This document shows positions 19,685-29,165 of a DNA stretch of 64,000 bases, piece by piece (the stretch's first letter is position 1; each line of letters starts with the position of its first letter). Position numbers and translations under genes: made by a program. This DNA comes from an uncultured virus (IMG/VR IMGVR_UViG_3300037424_001446) (Duplodnaviria > Heunggongvirae > Uroviricota > Caudoviricetes): the IMG/VR virus record IMGVR_UViG_3300037424_001446. One strand, given 5' to 3'. The notes beneath the pieces are model-generated. The model did not search any database and was not told where the DNA came from. It was given only the letters and a program-made list of their open reading frames with translations.

Positions 19685-21759
19685 TATTCATCGCCAATAG
19701 ATGACAAAAATCTTTGCGTGGCCCCCATTTGAACTGCAAACAATGTTTGCGTTACGGCATGCTTTGTATTTACCAGCCAACTTTCAGACCGTTCCGCCAG
19801 GAAGAAAAGGCGCGTTCTAATCCCCGGAGCAATTTGGGGCGGAGTAATAGAGGTTGGGCGATAAGTTACCTCTAAATTACCATTGGCAACCGTTCTGACC
19901 GGAGCATAGAACGGATCTCTCGGGTAGGTAATTCCATCGATATCTAAATAATTTTCGGCATGTAGAATGTTGGTATCGGTTATTATCGCGGCTTCCTCAT
20001 AAGACCCTAACCACTCATCAATGGGCATAAGGATCAATTCATAAAAATCCAGGGTGCAACCGGTCGCGATAGCGCATTTGGCGCGGATATCAAAATAAAT
20101 TTGGGATATTGTTTCACCTGGTTTTATCCCGCCTGGCGGAAGGGAAACCCTCCCGAGGTCTAAAATAATCGGATCAAAGCCCGTGATCCGGCATGGCTGA
20201 AATTCTGTATCGAAATAAAGATTGGACGCCGCCGCGAATGCGCTTATTCGAATGCCGGCAGAAACATCCGCAGGCGTAGCCCCAACCGTCAAATGAACTC
20301 GCAAATAAGCATGATAGCGGCCCGCATATTCATTGGCGATCGTACTATCCAGGGTGATCCTGAAGGCCGCTTCAGGCGTGGTAACCTCTCCGGTTGGTAG
20401 CCAACGTCCGACAATCCCGGTCATGGAATAATCTTTTTCAGCAACGAAAGATCCGTTTACCCCCGCCGCGGCCGCAATTCCGCTTATATTTTGGGTGTTT
20501 GCTATGTTTAGATAGGGAGTAAAATTCGCTCCGCGTTCAACGGATCTGGCGCCAATGATAATATGATCGGCGTATAGCTGAGGCTCGCGATTAACATCAA
20601 CGCAGCTTTTATTGAAGATCTTGAGCCGTAAAACTGCTGGAACATCCCCAACAAGCTGATCCGATTGAACTTCCACATAGGGCCATACAACCGAATACGG
20701 CAATCGATTTTGCTGTATGGGCGGCGTGGGATTTACTCCAATTGTTGTAACCCTGGCGCGCACCCAATAAGCCGTTACGCCATTGATTGCGTTTGCCGCC
20801 CAGGTTTCGGTATCCATCCAGACCACGGAATTAACTCCCGTAAGCGTAAAACTTGATGTGCCATCGAAAACATCCAGAATTGGCATGGCAGCATCGAAAG
20901 CGGTCCAGGCAGATCCGTTCCAAAATTCCCAGGCCACTAACAATTGGAAGGCTCCTGTACCAATGTCAAAAACGAGGTTGGAAAAAGGGCCCGAATCGTC
21001 TAACGAGGTTTGGCAGCCAAAATAAACCGCGTCATCTTCAACGGGATCATCCGGCAATAACGGAAAATCCGCGGTTTGGCTGATCTGGTTTGAGCTGAAG
21101 GAGCCCCCATCGTCAATAAAAATATGGGTGATATTAGCCTGAGCATGGCCATTACGAAAGAATACCTCCGCGGCCGTGGTAGGGACCCGGGCACCATTCC
21201 AATCTACATTCCCAAAATTTATAGAGTTATATGCCTGCAAGGCACTTAACTCAACCGCCATTTCTTCAGAAGGAACTTCCAATAGCCAAAATGGAAGCCG
21301 CTCGAAGGCCAGGGTAAGCCCTTTGGCCAATACATATTCACAATCAAAAACCTCGGAAGAGTATGGATCGTCATCCTCGGGAACTGTGGCAGCAACCAGG
21401 ATAACATATCTGGTTTTCGATTCTCCCTCAGCCCTGGCGCCAATATAAACGAATGCAGATTGATGATCTGTGAACCAATAGGCCGCGGCCGATTCTAAAA
21501 GATTCCGCAACCTCCGCAAGGCGCCCGCCAGGCTATCTGGATTGGTAGCCCTGGCGTGAAATTGGATCGCTTCTCCCACGTTCCCATAGCGCCGGTAAGC
21601 CATGGTACGCCCATCCGATAACGGCGAATCCCGGTAAACTCCCCCATCCTTATATTGTGTTATCCGGGGGCGCCAATTGATCATGTAGAAATAATCCAGC
21701 ATATCTACTTCCGTGGTGCCATCCGTGATGTAAAATTCAGCCCATTTTGGCGTGGCCAT
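19684..21759 (-). CDS. Distal-tail-like minor tail protein
   Basis: Follows the tape measure gene; WEFWNGSAW...AYWVRAR inserted beta domain. Confidence 0.65.
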   Translation of the reverse strand: MATPKWAEFYITDGTTEVDMLDYFYMINWRPRITQYKDGGVYRDSPLSDGRTMAYRRYGNVGEAIQFHARATNPDSLAGALRRLRNLLESAAAYWFTDHQSAFVYIGARAEGESKTRYVILVAATVPEDDDPYSSEVFDCEYVLAKGLTLAFERLPFWLLEVPSEEMAVELSALQAYNSINFGNVDWNGARVPTTAAEVFFRNGHAQANITHIFIDDGGSFSSNQISQTADFPLLPDDPVEDDAVYFGCQTSLDDSGPFSNLVFDIGTGAFQLLVAWEFWNGSAWTAFDAAMPILDVFDGTSSFTLTGVNSVVWMDTETWAANAINGVTAYWVRARVTTIGVNPTPPIQQNRLPYSVVWPYVEVQSDQLVGDVPAVLRLKIFNKSCVDVNREPQLYADHIIIGARSVERGANFTPYLNIANTQNISGIAAAAGVNGSFVAEKDYSMTGIVGRWLPTGEVTTPEAAFRITLDSTIANEYAGRYHAYLRVHLTVGATPADVSAGIRISAFAAASNLYFDTEFQPCRITGFDPIILDLGRVSLPPGGIKPGETISQIYFDIRAKCAIATGCTLDFYELILMPIDEWLGSYEEAAIITDTNILHAENYLDIDGITYPRDPFYAPVRTVANGNLEVTYRPTSITPPQIAPGIRTRLFFLAERSESWLVNTKHAVTQTLFAVQMGATQRFLSSIGDE

Positions 21760-21776
21760 ACTGGAGAAACCTCCCG

Positions 21777-24700
21777 TTAAGCGATATCCATGATAATCCG
21801 TCTGACCCGGGCCTCAAATACGGCATTATCCATTTGATTATTGAAGATTTGCCCTCCCATATTGAGCTCGATATTTCGATTATAGTTTGTGGTCGCGTTT
21901 TGTACGATTCGCTGAGCATCTGCCGGCTTTTCTATCCGCCTCATGGCCAGGCTCAGCTTTGGCAATTCTTTTTTTGCGAACTCATCAACGGCCTTACCTA
22001 CCAGGTTGAAGCCGGCAGCCATCGGAGGCGGGCTTTGCTTCAGGAATGGGAGCAATTTGGTAAGATCAAGACCCAATATTTTTTGGGCAAGCGTAATAAT
22101 TATATCGATTGCATTCCCAATGGCCGTAGTCACCAGATCAAAGCCTTTGGCTAACGGTTCAAGGACATTGGTTTTAAATTTCAGAAGCGGCTCTTCTTTC
22201 TCTTTGACCGTGGTAAGCATGGTATCCCAAATCGTGCCCCAATCAAGAGAGATATCACCCATCGTTCCCAGGATCGAATCGCTGATCGCGGTCATCATAT
22301 CAGGGATAATCGAATGCCCAACCATTTCATATTTGAGCCGTTCGGTATCTACAATAATTTTATTGTTCCCCACCACAAAGGCATTATGCATCTTATCAGT
22401 AATATCTTCCGCAAAAAGACTTGCCCAGGGAACTTTCCCCGCTATGGCTAAGGGAAGATTGTTAATAAAAGTATTGATTGGGGCCAGAATATTGTCATGC
22501 AACCAGGTTTCAACTGCAGTCTTAACATTAGACTGTGTTGAAAGCAGCCAATCAGCGATAGCACCTGTGATTGCCTCATATTTTTCCGGGTTTGCCATCA
22601 TATCCAGAGAAGTCAAAACCAGCGCCAGGCCGGCAGCCATCAAGAAAAGTGGGCTGACAATAATACCCACGATCAAGGCTAACAATTTCAACCCGGTATA
22701 GGCTACCAGGGCCATGCCGCCCACGTATCCCAATTTCTCTGCCAGATCGGGGGGTACAAGGCCATCAAGGCTTTCCGCCAGGGGGGCAACGCGTTCATCA
22801 TAGAAGGTTTTCAGCGTTTGGGTGAATACTCCCCATTGGGTTTGGAACTCCAATAGTTTAGGCGCGACTTTCAATTCCCATGCATCAATCACGGGTTGGA
22901 AGAGGTCTTTCAATTTCTCTTTGACTTTGGCCTTCAGATCATCCAGGGCTGTTGAAATTGTATTCTCAAGCGTGCCCGTTCCCCCCAATAAACTTTCCGG
23001 ATCCAACAATCCCCCGCCTCCGCCGGCAGCGCCCGCCAATTGGGCAGCTCGAAGCTGTTCCTGAGTGATGCCAAAGAGCTGATCCAAAATATCCTGTTGC
23101 AACTGAACTTGTTCTTGAAGCGGCTGAAGGGCTTCCTGAGAATTGGCTACCGTAGCTTCCGCCGCGGCCGCTTGCTCTCGAACTACATCCCGTTCCTTTT
23201 CCGCGGCGTTAATTTGCGCCAATTTAGCTTTCAAGGTTGTTTTATCGGCGCCGGCCCGTAATAGATTGTTGTACTCTTCCACCTGTTTATTGATTATTCG
23301 TGTAATTTTTAGATCCGCGTTCCTGGCTTCCTGGAGAGCCTTTTCGGCCTCTTCCACTTTATTCGTGGCAACCGCCAGGGCTAATTGGGATTTGGCCAGC
23401 TTGACAACCTCCGCCCCGAATGGGCCGGCTGCCTTTTCGATCTTCTTAAACATCCCTTCTTCGATATTGCCCGATGCAACTGATTTGGCTATAGTCTTTG
23501 ATAAATTCGTGTAAATATCGGCTGCCTCTTTTGCCGTTACCTGACCGGTTTGGGTAAGGATCGAAAGAGCGGTTTTCAAAGGCGATTGGATCCCCTTCAG
23601 CGCCCCGAAATCAGCCTGAGTGAATCCGGATAGCCATTCCGCCATGGCATTCATGCCCCATTTGGGGAGATCCGGAGCGACTTTAGGGGGAGAGGCTCCT
23701 TTCAACCAACCAGACAGCAAATTGGAAATAAAATTCATGGCCGCGATCAGGGCATCCGCGGCCCCGGTGATAATACCGGTTGCCAACTGAGTAACAATAT
23801 TGATCCCCCAGGTCAGCGCACTTGTGGCGGTTTGCTCCATACTCCCCGAAATATTGGCTATCCAATCAATAATGGCATTTGAGGCCCCGCCCAATCCTGC
23901 CCTGAACTCTTCCCCGATCACAGAGGCTACAGCCCCCAAATTCATCATAATCCCGTGAAGCCGCCCGCCCTCATCAATCGCTTCCCGCCAGGTTTTGGCG
24001 GTATCCCGCATGGCTCCAACTACGGCGCTCATTGCTCCCAAAAACGGGGTGCCGGCGACTCGAAGCAATTCATACATATCCCGGCTGAACGAGCGTAACT
24101 GTTTGCCAGGGGCTTCCATGGCGGCTTCATATAGGCCGGCATTCCTGGCGCCCTCTTCCAGAACGGCATTTAGCATGGCCTGTTGTCGTTCGTTCTGGTT
24201 TAATGCCTGAGATGATTTCCCTATTTCCGCCGCGTATTTATTAAAAGCCTCCGCGGCTGAAACGTTGATGCCGGCTGTTCGTAATACAAGTGAATTATAG
24301 GTTTGGATACCATACAAAAGCCGGTTGAGCTCTTCCGATGAGTCGACCATCGAAATAACGGCTGTATCCTGAGCAACCCTGGCCAGATCGGCAGCCTTGC
24401 TAAAATCCAGCTCGTAACGAATAAACTGAGAAATCAGGTTTTGGGCCTCATCTGTCCGGATGCCATAATCGACTATTGAGGCCGTCATACTATCTATCTC
24501 TGCTTTGGTTTTTCCGGCCCGCCCGCCCAGGATTTGGAGGACAAAATCCAATTCCTGGGTACGGGCAGCCGAATCCAGAGCGGAGCGGCCATATTGCTGT
24601 AACATTCCAACCACAAATCCCACCGCGCGCTGGACCACATTGGCGATGATATTACCTAAGACGATAGACCTAAGGCCCAGCGTTTGAACTCCGCCTGACG

Positions 24701-24821
24701 CCTGGTGAGCGGATTCCCCAAATCCTCTTACGGCATCATTGGATTTGTTTAGAGCGGAGAGAAACCCTTCGGAGTTTTCAGCAACCAGAGCAACGCCGGT
24801 TTTCTTGAGCTGATCAGTCAT
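21777..24821 (-). CDS. Tape measure protein
   Basis: 1014 aa Ala-rich helical protein with TM segments, ASPPK and VGHSIIPDM motifs; follows the chaperones. Confidence 0.9.
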   Translation of the reverse strand: MTDQLKKTGVALVAENSEGFLSALNKSNDAVRGFGESAHQASGGVQTLGLRSIVLGNIIANVVQRAVGFVVGMLQQYGRSALDSAARTQELDFVLQILGGRAGKTKAEIDSMTASIVDYGIRTDEAQNLISQFIRYELDFSKAADLARVAQDTAVISMVDSSEELNRLLYGIQTYNSLVLRTAGINVSAAEAFNKYAAEIGKSSQALNQNERQQAMLNAVLEEGARNAGLYEAAMEAPGKQLRSFSRDMYELLRVAGTPFLGAMSAVVGAMRDTAKTWREAIDEGGRLHGIMMNLGAVASVIGEEFRAGLGGASNAIIDWIANISGSMEQTATSALTWGINIVTQLATGIITGAADALIAAMNFISNLLSGWLKGASPPKVAPDLPKWGMNAMAEWLSGFTQADFGALKGIQSPLKTALSILTQTGQVTAKEAADIYTNLSKTIAKSVASGNIEEGMFKKIEKAAGPFGAEVVKLAKSQLALAVATNKVEEAEKALQEARNADLKITRIINKQVEEYNNLLRAGADKTTLKAKLAQINAAEKERDVVREQAAAAEATVANSQEALQPLQEQVQLQQDILDQLFGITQEQLRAAQLAGAAGGGGGLLDPESLLGGTGTLENTISTALDDLKAKVKEKLKDLFQPVIDAWELKVAPKLLEFQTQWGVFTQTLKTFYDERVAPLAESLDGLVPPDLAEKLGYVGGMALVAYTGLKLLALIVGIIVSPLFLMAAGLALVLTSLDMMANPEKYEAITGAIADWLLSTQSNVKTAVETWLHDNILAPINTFINNLPLAIAGKVPWASLFAEDITDKMHNAFVVGNNKIIVDTERLKYEMVGHSIIPDMMTAISDSILGTMGDISLDWGTIWDTMLTTVKEKEEPLLKFKTNVLEPLAKGFDLVTTAIGNAIDIIITLAQKILGLDLTKLLPFLKQSPPPMAAGFNLVGKAVDEFAKKELPKLSLAMRRIEKPADAQRIVQNATTNYNRNIELNMGGQIFNNQMDNAVFEARVRRIIMDIA

Positions 24822-24824
24822 TTA

Positions 24825-25088
24825 TTAACCCTTCCCGCCCTTGGGAGCTTTATGCCTCATTTTCTTAGCCTGTTCCATTGCGAGTATGCCCTCAATCTGA
24901 TTATGGGTTTCATAAAGAGCAACTATAAACGATTGCTGCGATCCATCCAGCTTATCAAAGAACTCAGCCGGCTTGTAATTGGCCCAAATGGCTGCTTCAC
25001 ACCATTCCACAAGCGGCGAATAGGATATCCCTGATCGGGGTACCCGGTATTTCCAAATGTCACGGCCCTTGTAAGTCGCCTTGAAACG
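24825..25088 (-). CDS. Tail assembly chaperone frameshift extension (gpT-like)
   Basis: Frame is open from 25103, overlaps the chaperone 3' end in +1, and has no evident RBS of its own. Confidence 0.6.
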   Translation of the reverse strand, partial: RFKATYKGRDIWKYRVPRSGISYSPLVEWCEAAIWANYKPAEFFDKLDGSQQSFIVALYETHNQIEGILAMEQAKKMRHKAPKGGKG

Positions 25089-25563
25089 TATCTTTAGCCG
25101 CGGCTACCTCCTCATTGGTTGGCTCGGATCTACCGTTAATCGCTCTCAAAAGCTCTTCCATATCTTCCGGCGAGCCAATGCAGATATGGGAGACATAAAC
25201 CATTTTATCGGATCCGCGTAACTCAACCCCGATTTCTTCTTTATAATCTTCCCTGACCCTGTCAATCTCTTCCTTATCCTCTTCTGTCAGGGTTACAACC
25301 ACACCGCGCTTGATAACAAAGCTGCGAGACTTCTCTTCCAACTCCATAAAGTATTTACCCATTGCATCAACGTGGTCCGGATGGCTCGGGTTTTCCTCTT
25401 CCCGGATATCCCCATCCCCATAATCCACCTTCTGTTTTGGGGGCCTGGGAGGCGGGAAATCTCTACCGATTTGGGCCAAAAGCAAGGGGGAAACCTTTTT
25501 GATGAACACTACCCGCCCGGTATCCTTGAAAACATGCCGTTTCAACTCATTTTCCTTTACCAT
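25060..25563 (-). CDS. Tail assembly chaperone (gpG-like)
   Basis: Acidic 167 aa protein between the tail protein and tape measure genes. Confidence 0.7.
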   Translation of the reverse strand: MVKENELKRHVFKDTGRVVFIKKVSPLLLAQIGRDFPPPRPPKQKVDYGDGDIREEENPSHPDHVDAMGKYFMELEEKSRSFVIKRGVVVTLTEEDKEEIDRVREDYKEEIGVELRGSDKMVYVSHICIGSPEDMEELLRAINGRSEPTNEEVAAAKDTFQGDLQGP

Positions 25564-25825
25564 GACTGATACCCTTCTTTCCTGGTTTGTAATTCCGGCG
25601 CTGGCGTTTATGCTGCCTCCGGTGATAAAGCGGCAAATTTTTTATAGATACCGCCTGACTGATAATCTCAATACTCTTGCGATCTAAAATACCCGTTTCG
25701 GCTTCCAACATCTTTTCACGGATGCAGGCTGCCAGGCTGGTAGCAAGATCTATTTCGTCATCCGATTTATCAAAGCGGATAGATTCCTTGCGGGCGCGTC
25801 GGTATTTCTTCCGTTTGCTGGCCAT
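25547..25825 (-). CDS. Basic hypothetical protein
   Basis: Fills the operon gap. Confidence 0.5.
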   Translation of the reverse strand: MASKRKKYRRARKESIRFDKSDDEIDLATSLAACIREKMLEAETGILDRKSIEIISQAVSIKNLPLYHRRQHKRQRRNYKPGKKGISHGKGK

Positions 25826-25857
25826 AAGGAACCTATCCGCCTCATAGATTGATCAGA

Positions 25858-27381
25858 TTAGAACCGGCTGGCAGCCCCCAACAGGATAATGCCATCCGTG
25901 CCATTGCCGGCGATCCCTGCGATCGCCAGATTATTGACCGATATTCCGGGCTCATCGTCTGGACAGGCCAGGCGCAAACCGTCATCAAAGGTGGGTAAAT
26001 TGAGCAACCGATTTCCGGTATTTGTCCAATTGGCGCCCCCATCGAACGTAGCGAAAACCCTGGCTATTGGGCCGGCAGCCGAATGGGAGATAAATCCACA
26101 TTCATCCGTGGGGAAGAGGATATCCTGCACCTCCCCAGCACCAGACCCGGAAAAGCTGATCGTACTCCAGGACTCGCCCCCATTGCCGGTATAGTAAACA
26201 AAACCGGTTTCCGTTCCTACCCAAATCCGGCGTTTATCCAGCACTTCCAGGGCTTGCACATTGGCCGCGGTGGGAGCCGTGGTAACGGCTGCCCAGGTTA
26301 TCCCGCGGTTTACAGAGCGGATCACGGCCCCGCTTGCGCCCACGGCTACTAGAACTTCGTCGCGGCCTTTGACTCTTACCAGGTTTTGAGCGGTTGCGGA
26401 TCCGGCATCAACCACGGAAACGCCCGAAAGGATATTCGTGGCCTTATAGATATAACCCCCATCGCCCACAAACCAGGTTTCCCGAGGGCTGATTACATGC
26501 ATGGCCTTTGGAGAGCCGGCGCCCACAAATCCAGTGGTAATTTTTGTGAAGGTGCCGGGGGCGCCCGTTTCCTCATTCAACTGAGAATAATAATAGGCGT
26601 CATCACCCAGCACAACCAGGAAATTACCGACAATTGCGATAGCATAAGCGGCCTCTGCTGCCCCAATCCCATCAATGTTTACATCGGTCCAGGTCAGCCC
26701 ACCATCTAATGAATAAATCACTTCAGCCGGCGTCCCTGGCGATCCGGCGCCGGATCCAACGGAAACGGCATAGATGAACTGCGATCCATCCCCACATTGG
26801 CATAGAGAAGGCGGGCCAAAAACGATATCGGCAATTTTGTCTGTAACCTGAGTAGCGGCCTTTTCGCCAAACCCGAGGCTTCCCATCGGATAGATATCCG
26901 CCAGGGTCAGGGATAGCGAATCTTCAATGGTTTCATCCGAATCCCAGGAAGAGCGGCTTCCAAGGTCTTTATCCCCCACGATGCCATAAGAATAGATCAG
27001 GACGTAATCAGCCCATCCGTGCATGAGGTCAGTCAGGTCATTGCATTGGCCGGTAACCTCATACAGATTCAAAACGCATCTTTGCTTTTGAAGCTGGCGC
27101 GGGATAGATCCATGCTTTTCCAGCATCATAAGGGTTGCTGAAGGAAGATCGGCAGGGCTTACGGCCCTGCCAACCAGGCGATACCGCCCAGGTTGGCGCG
27201 GATCAGGCACCCAAATCGGATCAATACCGCCCACCTCCGGGACCGTAACCCCATCGATCGATAGGTATTGACTGTCCTGGCCGGCGTAGCGAACCACATT
27301 TTCTGGTTTCGGGCCTCCGAATTGGATATAATTACGCTTGTGTTTCTGAGTGATTACCTCATCTGCGGTTGGATTTGGCAT
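25858..27381 (-). CDS. Probable major tail protein with BNR/Asp-box beta-propeller
   Basis: SLDGGLTW, SVNRGITW, TGNGGESW, TFDGGANW; strong RBS; precedes the chaperones. Confidence 0.65.
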   Translation of the reverse strand: MPNPTADEVITQKHKRNYIQFGGPKPENVVRYAGQDSQYLSIDGVTVPEVGGIDPIWVPDPRQPGRYRLVGRAVSPADLPSATLMMLEKHGSIPRQLQKQRCVLNLYEVTGQCNDLTDLMHGWADYVLIYSYGIVGDKDLGSRSSWDSDETIEDSLSLTLADIYPMGSLGFGEKAATQVTDKIADIVFGPPSLCQCGDGSQFIYAVSVGSGAGSPGTPAEVIYSLDGGLTWTDVNIDGIGAAEAAYAIAIVGNFLVVLGDDAYYYSQLNEETGAPGTFTKITTGFVGAGSPKAMHVISPRETWFVGDGGYIYKATNILSGVSVVDAGSATAQNLVRVKGRDEVLVAVGASGAVIRSVNRGITWAAVTTAPTAANVQALEVLDKRRIWVGTETGFVYYTGNGGESWSTISFSGSGAGEVQDILFPTDECGFISHSAAGPIARVFATFDGGANWTNTGNRLLNLPTFDDGLRLACPDDEPGISVNNLAIAGIAGNGTDGIILLGAASRF

Positions 27382-27421
27382 TTCAGGCCTCCTATCTAAT
27401 CCATTGAATAAACAGATAATT

Positions 27422-27522
27422 AAAACCCCGCGCCAATACTGGCGCGGGGGTCAAAATCCGCGGCGCCCCGGGTGCCTTACCCCAGGACGACCCTTACAAT
27501 TTCAATTGTTCCAATTATAGCA
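27422..27522 (-). promoter_or_regulatory. Promoter plus structured leader/terminator, copy A
   Basis: TGCTATAAT, GUAAG-loop hairpin, terminator CCCCGCGCCA-gtat-TGGCGCGGGG-TTTT. Confidence 0.75.
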
Positions 27523-27529
27523 TAACAGC

Positions 27530-28789
27530 TTACACTGAAAACCCGCGTAAAATCCGCACGTTTTCAACTTCTTGCCATGCGTAAACATGCCCGCGCGCTG
27601 TTCCGAACGGGTTATTAAGATCACGATCAGCGATCCTATATTGTTCATCGCCTACGCCGGCTGATCTGGAAAGATCGAACTGCCATTTATGCAGCTCGCG
27701 GTTTGATCCATCGCAAGCACAAATCATCCTGGCCAGCTCAGCAATGGCAAACCTGGCCACTATTACCCGATAACGGTGCTCCATTTGCCCATTTTCAAAC
27801 GCCTGGCCAGCCCGATAGCGTATGATGGCCCGATCCGGAGCCCGGATCGTATCCCAACTCACGGAATACCAATTTCCGGTGGTGGTATCATACTCCGCCC
27901 GGCCCAGGCTGATCGTTCCCAAATCCCCATTGCGGATTCCAACCCGGGCCGTGGCGCTGGCAATGGCAGCCGGATCCCTGCTGTTATCCAGGGCTGAAAC
28001 TCCAGACCACGCCGCGAATGGAGGGGTTTCCCAAATAAGCGTAGCCTGAGCGTTATCAACGGTCGTTCCCGTAGGATCGTTATAAAGCCGGTAAACTTCC
28101 AGGGTAGAGGCAAAATTACCAGTCGTGGCCGGATCCAACCCGGTTTTCGAAAAGCCTTCATATAAGACCGGCTTGACAATCTGCCAGGACCGTCCGCGGA
28201 TGATCAGATCCGCCCCGGAGGTCGTAACGCGGATAGGCTCAATCCTGTAATCTTCTCCTACGGCTGCCCCATTCAGGCGATCCGCGGCCGCGAAATATAC
28301 GGCTATTTCATCGTTATCAACTACCCCAGCCTGGCCGGCAAGAGTAAGCGTAAAAGTATCATTTAGAGTGTCGGAATCCACATCGGATAGAACCACATTG
28401 GACGTAGCCAATAGCGTCCTGGCCAAAACGCCGGCTTCGATTACCTTTGTACGCTTCAGGTTGATCGTTTGCCAGCGATTATCCGCCCCGGCATAGCCCA
28501 GGCGGGAAACTCCCACATCCGGGAAGCGCGGGAAATTATAGGTTTCCTCTACCCATTCCGGAGCAACTGAGAAATTCAAGAAGATCCGGAGCCTTTCTTC
28601 CGCCGTAATGATCGATTGCTTGATATCATCCCTGCCAGCCTGATCAACTCCCTGCCAGGCGTATTTATAAACCAGGCTGTTACAACCGGATGTAACCGGC
28701 ACGGTTGAATTGGATAACCCCCAAAAATGGTAGGGATGGAAGCCAATGGCTTCCCGCCAGGCCTCGAGGGGTAAAAGATTATTGATCAT
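27530..28789 (-). CDS. Virion structural protein, probably head-tail connector
   Basis: Position; IIRYRAG...AIAELA and NNPFGT..G motifs. Confidence 0.55.
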   Translation of the reverse strand: MINNLLPLEAWREAIGFHPYHFWGLSNSTVPVTSGCNSLVYKYAWQGVDQAGRDDIKQSIITAEERLRIFLNFSVAPEWVEETYNFPRFPDVGVSRLGYAGADNRWQTINLKRTKVIEAGVLARTLLATSNVVLSDVDSDTLNDTFTLTLAGQAGVVDNDEIAVYFAAADRLNGAAVGEDYRIEPIRVTTSGADLIIRGRSWQIVKPVLYEGFSKTGLDPATTGNFASTLEVYRLYNDPTGTTVDNAQATLIWETPPFAAWSGVSALDNSRDPAAIASATARVGIRNGDLGTISLGRAEYDTTTGNWYSVSWDTIRAPDRAIIRYRAGQAFENGQMEHRYRVIVARFAIAELARMICACDGSNRELHKWQFDLSRSAGVGDEQYRIADRDLNNPFGTARGHVYAWQEVENVRILRGFSV

Positions 28790-29165
28790 TGGAATTATGT
28801 CCTATCTGGTGAGCAACCATCGATCCGCCCGCTAAGCCTAACCAGTATAACAGGATCTTCCTGGCCATTCCCAGCCTGACCGGAACGATAAAAAACAAAC
28901 TGATCGGTATGCTGATCCAAAAGGAAAGGCATAGCGGGCAATGAAAACCCTTTTTGATCCAATGCACTTGCCGGCTGTTCGGATCTGGCAGCCCCGGATA
29001 GAGAAGCAACCAGGTCCGGAAATTATCAAAGATATTCCCGGGCCCATCTTCCAGGGCTATCATGTGAGCGATCCTATTTGTGGCCAGCGCGCCCAGCCAT
29101 ATCCGCGCCCAAAAGGGAGGCCAATCCTCAGGCCTCTTCCCCGTATCGTTTTTCAATCTCGGCAT
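28779..29165 (-). CDS. DUF1360-like membrane protein
   Basis: ALATNRIAHMIALEDGP...FHCPLCLSFW; start uncertain. Confidence 0.7.
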   Translation of the reverse strand: MPRLKNDTGKRPEDWPPFWARIWLGALATNRIAHMIALEDGPGNIFDNFRTWLLLYPGLPDPNSRQVHWIKKGFHCPLCLSFWISIPISLFFIVPVRLGMARKILLYWLGLAGGSMVAHQIGHNSNDQ

